A stretch of 59,792 nucleotides of DNA, counting the filler, from Malacoraja senta (Eukaryota): the NCBI GenBank assembly GCA_038087875.1. It is 4 parts of 4 records of this genome, joined end to end, with 100 filler letters (N's around TTAATTAATTAA, not from the genome) between each part and the next. Parts side by side here need not be neighbours in the genome. Positions count along the whole stretch, not along the records: positions 21,672 to 45,057 come from JAXLNO010005688.1; 3 more parts are not named here. One strand, 5' to 3'. The notes under the pieces are model-generated. The model searched no databases. It saw only the letters and a program-made list of their open reading frames with translations, and was not told the origin of the DNA. Made by a program: the position numbers and the translations under genes. This document shows, in pieces, positions 23,703 to 36,080 of the stretch. Numbering within the stretch: position 1 is the first letter of the stretch; each line of letters begins with the position of its first letter.

Positions 23703-23904
23703 CTGCAATGCATAAACAAAAATAAGTATGATTGTATCATTCACTGAAAATAACTAAGTTATTAATGCTAAAACTGATAACAATACAATAACTTTGAATA
23801 AGGGAGTCACAAGGACCTGCAGATGCAAGTGCTGGATGAACTCAGTGGGGCAGGCAGCATCAATGATCAGGTGACAATTTGGGTCAGGAGCCTTTAGTTT
23901 AGTT

Positions 23905-24200
23905 TTTAGCTTAGAGATACAGCATGGAAACAGGCCCTTCGTGCGAGTCCACACTGACCAGCAATCCCCACACAATAACACTATCCTACACACACTAGGG
24001 ACAATTTACATTCTACACCAAGCCAATTAACCTACAAACCTGTACGTCTTTGGAATGTGGGAAGAATCCGAACATCTCGGGAAAATCCACACGGTAATGG
24101 GGAGAATGGACAAACTCCGTACAGGCAGCACCCGTAGTCAGGATCCAACCTGGGTCTATGGTGCTGTAATCGAGTAATTCTACCGCTGCACCACTGAGCC
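23905..24200 (-). mobile_element. HE1/V-SINE copy
   Basis: Reverse complement of the SINE seen at 46772-47067, with (TTTAG)n tail. Confidence 0.75.
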
Positions 24201-25544
24201 TTCTTCAAGAGTTGGCATGATGGGCTCTGATACCTACTCCACCAATTATGGTCGAGGTATTGAATGATCCTATTGGATTGTTTCCCATCTTCAAAGATCT
24301 ATTATTGTCTATCATGTCGATAGGTTCTACTAGTTACAATATTCCAAAATGTGAAGAATATTTTATTATATTAAGAAACTGGACAATGTCAAGGAGACTT
24401 TATAGAATCATAGAGAGGTAAAGTCAAAGAGTCATACAGCAGGGAATCAGGGCCTACGGCTCAACTTGCCACACCAACCAACATTCCTCATCTACACTGC
24501 CTGTATTTCATCAGTACATAGGTTCTAGGAGAATAATTAGGCCAGTCAGCCCATCGGCCATTCAATCATGGCTGATCTATCTCTCCCTATCAACCACATT
24601 CTCCTGCCTGCACCCCATAACCCTTGAAACCCATACTGACCAAGAATCTGTTAATCTCCACCTGAGAAATATCCATTGATGTGGGCTCTACAGCTGACTG
24701 AGGCCCATATCCTTATAAGCCTATCCTATCCATGTACCTGATTAAATGTTTCTTAAATGTCGTGACAGTACGTGCCTGAACTACCTTCTCCGGCATTTCA
24801 TTCAGTACACCCACCACCCTTTGTGTAACACAGCTACGCCTCAGGTTCCTATTAAATCATTCCCCCCTCATCTTAAACTTATGTCCAATGGGTAAGCACA
24901 TAAAAATGGCCTTTAGCCCACCAAGTTCGTGGTGACCATCAAACACCTATTTATACTTGTGGTACGCTAACCCTTTTAATATTTTCCAATCTCCCATTAA
25001 TACCTCCCTCATCCCCTCCACCAATTATAATACATATGCATGATCAATTCACACTGGCCAACTTACCTTTCAGCCCGGCATTTTTGGGACGTGCGGGGAA
25101 ACTGGAATAACCATGGGAAACACACGTTTGCAGGGGGAAAAAAAGTCAGGTTCTAAGAGATCAGGATTGAGTCCAGGTCCTCATAGGCAGCTGCAACACA
25201 GCTCGTAGAGATGGGGGGGGAGGGTGGAGATTGAAATAAACAGGGCCTAAACTGAAACTCGACACAGAATACTGGAGTAACTCAGTGGGTCAGGCAGCAT
25301 CTCCGGAGAAAATGAAAAGGTGACGTTTCATGTCGAGACCCTTCTTCAGACTGAGAGTCAGGGGACAGAGAACCGAGAGATATGAAAAAGTACAATGAAA
25401 TATATGCACCCCCGACTCTGTCTGATGCAGTGCCTTGACCTGAAACTCCACCTATTCCTTTTCTCCAGCGATGCTGCCTGACCTGCTGAGTTACTCCAGC
25501 CTTTTGTATCTATCTTCGGTGTAAACCAGCATCTGCATCAGCAG

Positions 25545-28500
25545 TCAGAAGATGCCGAAACCTGTGGGAAAGGCAACTTTTAATTGTGTGCTGCAAAAGT
25601 CATCGCGGCCCCTCATGTTGTATGTTCTTGATTCTGATTGTGTGACTCTGTTGGGCAACCAGGCGTGCCAAGACCTGGGACTAGTGTCCTTAGACCGTAC
25701 TGTCCGCGAATTACAGTTGCTGATGGATCCGTTATCCGAGTACCCGGACCTGTTTGATAATGAGCTGGGCAAACTGCCTCTTGTCTACAAGATTGTCACC
25801 GACCCCAAAGTGGTTCCAGTGGTCCGTGCACAACACAGAGTATCCCTTGCTTTAAAGGATAAAGTGGAAGCGATGCTGAAGAGCATGGTTAAAATGGGGG
25901 TGCTGGAAGCAGTGAGCGAGCCCACCGAGTGGGTCTCCACCATGGTTGCTACCCTGAAAAAGGACAAAAACGAGATACGGGTGTGTATTAACCCCAAAGA
26001 CCTGAACCTCGCGATCAGGCGGCCACACTACCCCATGAGAACCGTAGAAGACGTCGCAGCTCAAGTCGGCCAGGCCACGGTGTTTTCTGGCAAATACCAC
26101 TCGATAAGCGCTCCTCCGACCTGACAAATTTCTCCACTCCTTATGGCAGATTTAAGTTTCTACGGATGCCATTCGGTATTAACTCTGCCAGCGAAGTGTT
26201 TCAGCGATCCATGGAACAGCTGTTCGCTGGCATGCCATGCGCCATCATCGTGGACAACATCCTAGTCTACGGAGAGAATGCCGCCGAACATGACAAGAAC
26301 CTCCGCCGAGTCCTGGACCGGGCCCGGCAGATCAACTTAAAACTGAACAAGAATAAATGCCGATTCCGTGTCTCAGAGGTGCCGTACGTCGGGCACATCT
26401 TCACTTCCAATGGACTGAAACCCGACCCGCAAAAGACTATTGCAATATCCGAGCTGCCAGCCCCAACTGACGTGCTTAGTCTACAACGATTCCTGGGCAT
26501 GGTCACCTACCTCGGGATGTTTATACCGAATCTCAGTGAGCTGAGCTCATCCCTGAGGCAACTAACTAAAAAAGGCACTGCCTGGTCCTGGTTTCCACAA
26601 CACCAGCAGGCTTTCGAATGTCTGAAATCTAAGCTGACCAGCACCCCGACACTCAAATTCTTCGACCTGCGCCGTCCCATTTTCGTCACCTGTGATGCCT
26701 CTCGTTTCGGACTGGGTGCTGCTTGCCTGTACCTCTACGACGACAGCTCCCTGCTACCGGTCTCGTATGCCTCTCGGACCATGACCGACACGGAGCAACG
26801 ATATGCTCAGATTGAGAAGGAGCTCCTGGCTGTGGTGTTTGCTTGTTCCAAATTCAGAGACTTTCTCTTCGGCTGTAGGTTCACAGTCGAGACCGACCAC
26901 CAGCCACTGGTGACCATTCTTAACAAACCCATACATGTTGCCCCTGCCAGACTACAGCGCATGATGCTGCAACTCCAGCGTTTTGATGTGGAAATCACAT
27001 ATAAGAAGGGCACGGAGATGCATGTGGCCGACACACTTTCTCGTGCCCCACGGGCATCCTGTGACCGCCACCCTTACGAGCAGGAAAACCTATTGGTACT
27101 GAATGTCAACTTCGTTCCAACTAAGCAGCTACAGAGCCTGATCGAGCACACCGCCGCGGACCCCGCACCGCAGCAGCTGGCAGCCATCATCAAGCGTGGG
27201 TGGCCCGTCAAACGTACCAATTTGCCATCGGGTGCCCAACCGTTCTTCCTGGTCCGCGACGAGCTGGTAATCCAGGATGGGGTTATCGTCAAAGGCCACA
27301 AAGTTGTGGTCCCAGCCTCTCTGTACGATCTATACTACAACGCAACCCACAGTGGTCATCCTGGGCTCGAAGCCACTGTTTCTCATGCACAGGGACATTT
27401 CTACTGGCCTGGCATGGCCAAATACATCAGGAACCGTGTCTCCTCCTGTGCTTCGTGCAACAACCTCACCCCACACCAGCAGCGTCAACCCCTTCTGCAG
27501 CAGCCTGCGCCAGCCATTTCCTGGACATCGCTGGCTGCTGATATATTCGAATGGCGGGGTAAGCACTTTCTCGTCCTGGTGGACTCATTCTCCAACTGGT
27601 TCGAGATTGGCCACCTTCCGCCCGCCACCTCCGGGAGGGTCATCGCAAAAATGCGTGAGCATTTCGCCGCCCACGGTGTCCCTGTCCGTTTGCAGACTGA
27701 CAATGGACCGCAATTCACAAGTGCCGAGTTCAAAGCTTTCGCTGCAAGTTGGAACTTCCACCACTACACCAGCAGCCCTGAGTACCCTCAGAGTAACGGC
27801 CTGGCCGAACGGGCCGTGCGGAGTGCTAAGGGCCTGATGGAGCAATCCCGCCTGTCTAACAGCGATTTCTACCTGGGCTTACTTAACCTACGTAACGTCT
27901 CACGGGACCCGCTTATGGGTTCCCCTGCCCAACGTCTGATGTCAAGGGTGACAAGACCACCTATGCCCATCGCCCAGCAGTCCCTGCTACCGAAAGTGCT
28001 CGATCCTGCCACAGTCCAACGACGGATCGATCATAAACATGAAGTTCAACGACGTTCTCACGACAGGTCCTGCCGCCCTCTGCTGCCTCTGCTACACGGG
28101 TAGGTCATTCGGATGCGGACCACCACCGGCTATTCCCGCCTCGCGACTGTGACTGGTGTGGACAACTCTCCAAGATCATACCTGGTGGATTAAGAGGGGA
28201 CTACCTACCGACGAAGCCGTCAGTACCTGTTGGCCGTGAACGAGCCGAAGCCGCCTCCTGCGGCTCCTTATGCTCCTCCGTTGTCGTTCCCACCTGCTGC
28301 TGCTGATCACCCTGCTGCTCCATGCATGCCCCATTCCCCTCGCTTATTGCGGTCTCCTTTTCCATTGCCTCCTGGTCTTGGCCGGGCGCTTTCACCTCCT
28401 GCACGTCCCCCCCCTCCTATCTCACCCACTCCGACGGCATCTCCCCCTCCCTTAACTTTCCTGCCTGCCTCCGCTACGGCTTCTCTTCTTTCTGATGGGT

Positions 28501-28642
28501 GGGGGGGAGGTGCTGTACGTACGCGTTCGGGTCGCATTGTAAAGCCGCCTGTCCGCTACGGCGACTTTGTCTAAATTCGCATGTTTATTGTAATAACACT
28601 ATCCTGATTGCCTCCGTGTGAATTTGATTCTAAGGGGAAGGA
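25545..28642 (+). mobile_element. Ty3/Gypsy LTR retrotransposon internal region, 5'-truncated (protease end, RT, RNase H, integrase), defective
   Basis: ORFs 25552-26124 and 26166-28103: MPFG, TCDAS, YAQIEKELLA, TDHQPL, HSGH..CASC zinc finger, D-D-E (ADIF, TDNGPQF, NGLAER); no gag or 5' LTR. Confidence 0.95.
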
Positions 28643-28776
28643 TGTAGATGGTTTATGCATGCAACCAATAATATAGATACCTCAGTACCACTAACCACGC
28701 CTTAGTTATCAAGTATAAGAACTCTATCTCCCGTTTGCTCCTCCCTTGGTTCCAGCATGATGACAGACTGGGTACA
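28643..28776 (+). mobile_element. Probable 3' LTR of the Gypsy element
   Basis: Polypurine tract AAGGGGAAGGA (28632-28642) followed by TG; right end CA uncertain (28756 or 28776). Confidence 0.6.
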
Positions 28777-29010
28777 GTCAGTGTTGGAAAGTGTTTAAAA
28801 TGTCTTATCACTAAACGTTAAGTAAAGCTACAAGTGAGTCAGACACAAGTTCTTTACAGGCCGCCCGGGGCTTCACTGTCAATGGACAGCAACAGCATAC
28901 TGCCGGTAAACAAGATGGTCGCCTGCAGCTCCACAGGGAAATGCCAGCATCCAAAATGGCTTCACTCTCATTAACTTCAATGGCAGGCTGCCTGTAGACA
29001 AAGTGTTTAG

Positions 29011-30950
29011 TGACAAGTGTAGAATCTCTTGCGGCTGCAAGGGAAAGTGCCCGGGGAGGGGGCGGTGCGGGAGGGAAGGGAAGAATTGACCAGGGAGTTA
29101 TGGAGGGAGCGGTGTTTGCGGAAAGCAGACAGGGGGGGGGGAGATGGGAAGATGTGGCGAGTGGTGGGGTCACGTTGGAGGTGGCGAAAATGTGTTGTAT
29201 GTGACGGCTAGTGGGGTAGAAGGTGAGGACTAGGGGGATTCTGCCCTTGTTACGAGTGACAAGTGTAGCATCTCGCGGTATCGAACTTATTTCCACATAC
29301 CTCGACTCCATCCTATCCCGCCTGGTTAAATCCCACCCTACCTATGTTCAAGACACCTCAGACACTCTCCGTCGTCTCCGGGCATTCCATTCTCTAGGCC
29401 CCCATCCCCTCATCTTCACCATGGATGTCCAGTCACTCTACACTTCCATCCCCCACCAAAGCCCTCTGGTTCTGCCTCGACCGGAGAACCATCCAATCCC
29501 CGTCTACAGACACTCTCCTCCGCCTAGCGGATCTGGTCCTTACCCTTAATAACTTTTTGTTTGACTCCTCCTATTTCCTCCAAATACAAGGCGTAGCTAT
29601 GGGCACGTACATGGGCCCCAGCTATGCCTGCCTCTTTGTAGGTTACGTCGAACAATCCTTGTACGAGGCGTACCAAGACCCCATCCCCGACCTCTACCTC
29701 CGCTACATCGACGATTGCATTGGTGCTACCTCCTGCACCCACACACAACACACTGACTTCATCAGCTTCACCACGAACTTCCATCCGCCACTCAAATACA
29801 CCTGGACCATTTCCGACACTTCCCTACCATTCCTTGACCTCACTATCTCCATCGCAGGTGATAGACTTGTGACTGACATCCACTACAAACCTACTGACTC
29901 CCATGGGTTTCTGGACTACACTTCTTTCCACCCTGCTTCCTGTAAGGACTCCAACCCCTACTCCTAATTCCTCCGTCTACGCCGCATCTGCTCCCAGGAT
30001 GAGGTGTTCCACAACAGGGCATCGGAAATGTCCTAATTCTTCAGGGAACGGGGGTTCCCCTCCCCTACTATAGATGAGGCTCTCACCAGGCTCCCTTCAA
30101 TACCCCGTAACACTGCTCTCTCTCCCCATCCCTCCACTTGTAACAAGGGCAGAGCCCCCCTAGTCCTCACATTTCACCCCACTAGCCGTCACATACAACA
30201 AATAGTCCTCCGTCATTTTCGCTACCTCCAACGTGACCCCACCATCTTCATATCACCTCGCCTGTTGGCTTTCCGCAGAGACCGATCCCTCCGTAACTCC
30301 CTGGTCAATTCTTCCCATCCCATCCAAACCACCCCTTCTCCGGGCACTTTCCCTTGCAACCACAAGAAATGCTACACTTGTCGCTTTACCTCCCCCCTTG
30401 ACTCCATTCATGGACCCAAGCAGTCGTTCCAGGAGCGACAGAGGTTCACCTGCACCTCCTCAAACCTCATATATCGCATCCACTGCTCTAGATGTCAGCT
30501 GATCGACATAGGTGAGACCAAGCGTAGGCTTGGCGATCGATTTGGACAACACCTCCGCTCAGTCCGCATTAACCAACCTGATCTCCCGGTGGCACAGCAC
30601 TTCAACTCCCCCTCCCATTCCGAATCCGACCTTTCTGTCCTGGGCCTCCTCCATGGCCAGAGTGAGGACCACCGCAAATTGGAGCAACACCTCATATTTC
30701 GCTTGGGCAGTTTGCACCCCAGAGGTATGAACATTGACTTCTCTAATTTCAGGTAGTCCCTACTTTCTCCTCCCATTCTCAGCTCTCCCTCAGCCCACTG
30801 GCTTTTCCTCTTCCTTTCTTCTTCCCGCCCACCCCCCACCCTCACTTCAGTCTGAAGAAGGGTTTCGAGCCGGAAAGTTGCTTATTTCCTTCGCTCCATA
30901 GATGCTGCCTCACCCGCTGAGTTTCACCAGCATTTTGTCTACCTGCCATT
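29011..30950 (+). mobile_element. Penelope-like element (RT + GIY-YIG), 5'-truncated with an inverted 5' segment (29011-29255)
   Basis: TMDVQSLYTSIP, GVAMGT.MGP, YLRYIDD RT motifs; NLIY.IHCSRC..IGETKRRL..RF.QH endonuclease; terminal repeat about 30845-30950. Confidence 0.92.
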
Positions 30951-30964
30951 TGTATACCTTTTGG

Positions 30965-32100
30965 TTTCTTCGAGCCAGCACCGCCATTTATGGTGATCAT
31001 GGCTAATCATCCCCAATCACTACCCCGTTCCTGCCTTCTCCCCATATCCCCTGACTATCTTTAAGAGCCCTATCGAGCTCTCTCTTGAAAGCATCCAGAG
31101 AACCGACCTCCACTGCCCTCTGAGGCAGAGAATTCCACAAACTCACAGCTCTCTGTGGGAAAAGGTTTCTCCTCATCGCAGTCCGAAATGGCCACAGATT
31201 CACAACTCTCTGGGTGGAACAGTTTCTCCTCATCTCAATCCCAAATGGCCACAGATTCACAACTCTCTGGGTGGAAAGGTTTCTCCTCATCTCCGTTCTA
31301 AATGGCTTACCACTTATTCTTAAACTGCGGCCTCTGGTTCTGAACTCCCCCAACATCGGGAACATGTTTCCTGCCTCTAGCGTGTCCAAACCCTTAACAA
31401 TCTTATATGTTTCAATAAGATTCCCTCTCATCCTTCTAAACTCCAGAGTGTACAAGTCCAGCCCCTCCATTCTCTCAGCATATGACAGTCCTGCTATGAC
31501 GGGAATTAACCTGGTGAACCTACGCTGGGCTCCCTCAATAGCAAGAATGTCCTACTTCAAATTTGGAGACCAAAACTACACACATAACTCCAGGTGTGGT
31601 CTCACCAGGGCCCTGTACAACGGCAGAAGGACCTCTTTGCTCCAATACTCAACTCCTCTTGTTATGAAGGCCAACATGCCATTCGCTTTCTTCACTGCCT
31701 GCTGTACCTGCATGCTTACTTTCATTGACTGATGAACAAGGACGCCCAGATCCCAGACATGCTAGAGGCAGGAAACATGTTCCTTCTGTTGGGGGAGTCC
31801 AGAACCATGGGCCACAGTTTAAGAATAAGGGGTAAGCCATTTAGAACGGAGACCAGGAAACACCTTTTCACCCAGAGAGGTGTGAGTCTGTGGAATTATC
31901 TGCCTCAGATGGCGGTGGAGGCAGGTTCTCTGGATGCTTTCAAGAGAGAGCTTGATAAGGCTCTTAAAGATAGCGAAGTCAGGGGATATGGGGAGAAGGC
32001 AGGAACGGGCTACTGATTGGGGATGAACAGCCATGATCACATTGAATGGCGATGCTGGCTGGAAAGGCCGAATGGCCTACTCCTGTACCTATCGCCTATT
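30965..32100. mobile_element. Head-to-head CR1 fragments (minus 30965-31745, plus 31757-32100) with an internal 57-bp triplication
   Basis: Mirror-image CR1 3' ends; repeat units start at 31135, 31192, 31249. Confidence 0.85.
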
Positions 32101-32260
32101 GAAGTGGGTGATTCATGGACATCACCAGTTGCTGGGTGTCTTCTCTGGTGATGCCCTGCCAGGCCTGCATTGCAGCCATCTTTAAGCTGATGCTTGTTTT
32201 GGGGGCTTGTCCCCTTCACTTTTCTCTTCAGCGTATTAAAGGCACGTTCCATTGGGTTCA
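32101..32260 (-). mobile_element. Tc1/mariner transposase remnant
   Basis: Reverse strand reads NPMERAFNTLKRKV...MAAMQAWQGITREDTQQLVMSM across one frameshift, resembling a Tc1 C-terminus. Confidence 0.7.
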
Positions 32261-32283
32261 GATCGGGTGAAACAGCTCAGATG

Positions 32284-32610
32284 TTAAATGCAACAAATGC
32301 ATCGCATTGGAATAAATTTGTACCCTCCCGCAAAGTTGAATGCCGCAAATGCGTTGCATTCAAGTAATATTGTAACCCCCCCAACCCCCGCTTGGAAGTT
32401 CAATGCATTAATTGGCTTTGCACTTATCTTGCAGAACCCCACAGAAATGTTAAATTCAACAAATGCATCGCGTTGGAATAACTTTGAACCCTCGGGCAAT
32501 GTTAAATGCAGCAAATGCATTGCATTGGTGATATTGCAAACCCCGGGATGTGAAATGCATTAAATTCAATGCAATAATCTTGCAAAGCCCCTCAGATGTG
32601 AAATGCAACC
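32284..32610. repeat. Degenerate tandem repeat of about 55-60 bp, AAATGCA-rich
   Basis: Recurrent GTTAAATGCA(A/G)CAAATGCAT(C/T)GC and GATGTGAAATGCA blocks. Confidence 0.6.
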
Positions 32611-32611
32611 G

Positions 32612-32792
32612 TGACGTCATAGAGGGGACGGCGGGGGCGGGACATCCGGCCCTCTGACTGATCCAACGTCCCCATTGGCGGAGAGAGACGTCGCTCAACA
32701 GGGCGGTGGGGTGGGACTTGCAGATGGCCGGAAGCGGCGGGTTATTGGAGGAGAGAGACGTCAGTTAGAGGGAGGGAGAAGGAACCCGCCCC
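32612..32792. promoter_or_regulatory. CpG-rich promoter-like motif cluster
   Basis: TGACGTCA 32612-32619, GGGGCGGG 32634-32641, ATTGG 32674 and 32744, CCGGAAG 32728-32734, CCCGCCCC 32785-32792; motif occurrence only. Confidence 0.4.
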
Positions 32793-32819
32793 CTTGTCTC
32801 TCTCTGGTCCGCGTTGCAG

Positions 32820-33315
32820 ACAGGAGTGAGAGCGAGCGAGAAGGTGAGAGAGGGTGAGATGGAGGAGTGTGGACTGGGGGAGGGAGGGAGGGAGGGAAAG
32901 AAAATTGAGAGAGAAATGAAGAATTGAGTGAAAAATGAAGAATTGAGTGAAATTGAGGATTTGAGTGAAAGAGAGGCGGAAGTTGGAAGAAAGGGAAGGA
33001 GAGGTGGAGGGAGAGGGGGAGAGATAGAAAGGAGAGGGAGAGAGGAGAGGAGGGTGGACAGGAGAGGTGGAGAGAGATAGAGCGAGAGAGACAAAGGAGA
33101 GAGGAGAGGAAAAATAGAGGAGAGGAGAGGTAGAGAGAGACAGTGAGAGGGAGAGAGAGAAAGGAGAGAGGGAAAGGGAAAATAGAGGGAGAGAGAGACT
33201 GAGAGAGGGAGAGAGGAAGAGGGAAAGATAGAGGAGGGAAGAGGGAGATTGAGACTGAGATAGAGAGAGAGACAAAGGAGAGAGGGAGAGGGCAATTAGA
33301 GGAGAGGAGAGGGAG
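32820..33315. repeat. GA-rich low-complexity tract; related tract at 35134-35835
   Basis: Almost purine-only + strand; shared GAAGAATTGAGTGAA blocks. Confidence 0.9.
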
Positions 33316-33317
33316 AG

Positions 33318-35133
33318 AAACATAGAAACATAGAAAATAGGTGCAGGAGGAGGCCATTCGGCCCTTCGAGCCAGGACCGCCATTAATTGTGATCATGGCT
33401 GATCGTCCCCTATCAATAACCCGTGCCTGCCTTCTCCCCATATCCCTTGACTCCACTAGCCCCTAAAGCACCATCTAACTCTCTCTTAAATCCATCCAGT
33501 GATTTGGCCTCCACTGCCCTCTGTGGCAGGGAATTCCATAAATTCACAACTCTCTGGGTGAAAAAGGTTTTTATCAGCTCAGTTTTAAATGATCTCCCCT
33601 TTAATCTAAGACTGTGGCCCCTGGTTCTGGACTCGCCCAACATTGGGAACATTTTTCCAGCATCTTGCTTGTCCAGTCCTTTTATAATTTTATATGTTTC
33701 TATAAGATCCCCCCCCCTCATCCTTCTAAACTGCAGTGAATACAAGCCTAGTCTTTTCAATCTTTCCTCATATGACAGTCCCGCCATCCCATGGATCAAT
33801 CTCGTGAACCTACGCTGCACTGCCTCAATCACAAGGATGTCCTTCCTCAAATTAGTAGACCAAAACTATACACAGTACTCCAGATGTGGTCTCACCAGAG
33901 CCCTATTCAACAGCAGAAGAACCTCTCAACTCCGATACTGAAATCCTCTTGTTATGAAGGCCAACATTCCATTAGCTTTCTTCACTGCCTGCTGTACCTG
34001 CACGCCAACTTTCAGTGACCGTTGTACAAGGACATCCAGGTCTCGCTGTACCTCCCCCTTACCTAACCTAACCCCGTTGAGATAATAATCTGCCCACTTG
34101 TTTTTGCCACCAAAGTAGATAACCTCCCATTTATCTATATTATACTGCATCTGGCAGGCATCTTCCCACTCACTCAACCTGTCCAGGTCACGCTGCAACC
34201 TCCTAAAATCCTCTTCACAGCTCACACTGCCACCCAGCTTTGTGCCATCCGCAAACTTGCTAGTGTTGCTCCTAATTCCCTCTTACAAATCATTAATATA
34301 TATGGTAAACAGTTGCGGCCCCAACACCGAGCCTTGCGGCACTCCACTGGCCACGGCCTTCCATTCTGAAAAGGACCCGTTCACTCCTACTCTTTGCTTC
34401 CGGTCTGCCAACCAATTTTCTATCCATGTCAACACCGTACCCCCAATACCATGTGCTCTAATTTTAGCTACCAGTCTCCCGTGCGGGACCTTATCAAAGG
34501 CTTTCGGAAAGTCTAGATGCACTACATCCACTGGCACGTCTTCATCCATTTTACTTGTCACATCCTCAAAAAATTCCAGAAGATTAGTCAAGCATGATTT
34601 CCCTTTCATAAATCCATGTTGACTTGGACTAATCCTTTACTGCTATCCAAATGTCCCATTATTACCTCTTTAATAATTGACTCCAGCATCTTTCCCACCA
34701 TCGATGTCAGGCTAACTAGTCTGTAATTCCCCGTTTTCTCTCTCGCCCCTTTCTTGAAAAGTGGGATAACATTAGCTATTCTCCAATCCACAGGAACTGA
34801 TCCTGAATCTATTGAACATTGGAAAATAATCACCAATGCATCAACTCTTTATAGAGCCACCTCCCTGAGGACCCTGGGATTCAGACCATCAGGCCCAGGG
34901 GATTTATCATCCTTCAGTCCCATTAGCCTACCCAATACTATTTCTCCCATAATGAAAATTTCTTTCAGTTCCTCTACTCCCTTAGATCCTCTGTCCTCCA
35001 GTACATCTGGGAGATTGTTTGTGTCTTCCTCAGTGAAGACAGACCCAAAGTACCTATTCAACTCTTCTGCCACTTCCTTGTTGCCCATAATAATTTCACC
35101 CGTGTCCGCCTTCAAGGGACCCACATTTGACTT
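33318..35133 (-). mobile_element. CR1 LINE (same subfamily as 11764-13672)
   Basis: RT motifs in ORFs 34283-34609, 33926-34225, 33413-33850; (ACATAGAA)n tail. Confidence 0.92.
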
Positions 35134-35901
35134 AGAGAGAGACGGAGAGAGGGAGAGAGAGAAAGGAGCGAGGGAGAGGGAAAATAGCGGTGAGGTGAGC
35201 GAGAGAGAGACAGAGAGAGGGAGAGAGAGAAAGGAGAGAGGGAGAGGGAAAATAGCGGAGGAGAGGGAGAGAGAGACAGAGAGAGGGAAAGAGAGAAAGG
35301 AGAGAGGAAGAGGGAAAGGTGCAGGGGAGAGAGGGAGAGGGATAGATAGAGGGCAGGGGAGGGAAGGAGAGTGGAGGGGTGCGAGATGGAGGGGAGGGGA
35401 GGAGATAGAAAGAGGGGAGGGAGATAGAGGCGAGGGAAGTGAGATGGAGGGAGAGAGATGGAGGGGTGTGTGCTGCGGGAGGGAGGAGGGGAGGTGCGGG
35501 GAGGGAGGGAAAGAGAGAGAATGAGGGGGAAATGAACAATTGTGTGGAAAGTGAAGAATTGAGTGAACGAGGGGGAAGGTGGGAAGGGAGGAATGGAGAT
35601 GGAGGGAGAGAGCGAGAGGGAAAGGTAGAGGAGAGGGGAGATAGAGAGAGGGAGAGAGAGACAGAGAGAAATGTGAGAGGGAGAGGGAAAGATAGAGGAG
35701 AGGAGTGGGGAGAGAGAGACAGAGAGAGAGGGGAGAGAGGGAGAGGGAAAGGTGGAGGAGAGGAGAGAGAAAGAGAGGGGGAGAGAGGAGAGGGAGGGAA
35801 AGAAAGAGAGGAGAGGAGAGGAGAGGGGAGAGAGTTGGATGCATTTTAAAGGAATTGCAGTTTTAACTTTCGGAGCAGATTTGCAAGTTTGACCCCAGCG
35901 T

Positions 35902-35932
35902 CTGAAGAAGGGTCTCGGCCCGAAACGTTGCC
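35902..35932 (+). ncRNA. Minimal type I hammerhead ribozyme core in a Penelope-derived repeat
   Basis: CTGAAGA-A-GGGT-CTCG-GCCC-GAAAC-GTT-GCC: both conserved cores, 4-bp stem II (one G-U), loopless AC/GT stem III. Confidence 0.6.
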
Positions 35933-36080
35933 TATTTCCTTCGCTCCATAGACTCTGCCTCACCCGCTGAGTTTCTCCAGCATTTGTGTCTATCACCTAT
36001 TAAACTCAATCGTTAGTTAACTTCAGAGTGGTGGCGTTCGTGCGTGCGCGGGTGGAGGGCGTGCGTGTGCGCGGGCACAC

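Noticed and set aside
23754-23800. Minus-strand hydrophobic stretch FKVIVLLSVLALIT just upstream of the alpha-1 exon as a leader
   Set aside because: No ATG or donor site; explained by AT-rich intron composition.
32742-35996. Long Ser/Leu/Pro- and Glu/Arg/Gly-rich ORFs
   Set aside because: Translations of GA/TC low-complexity DNA, which lacks stop codons.
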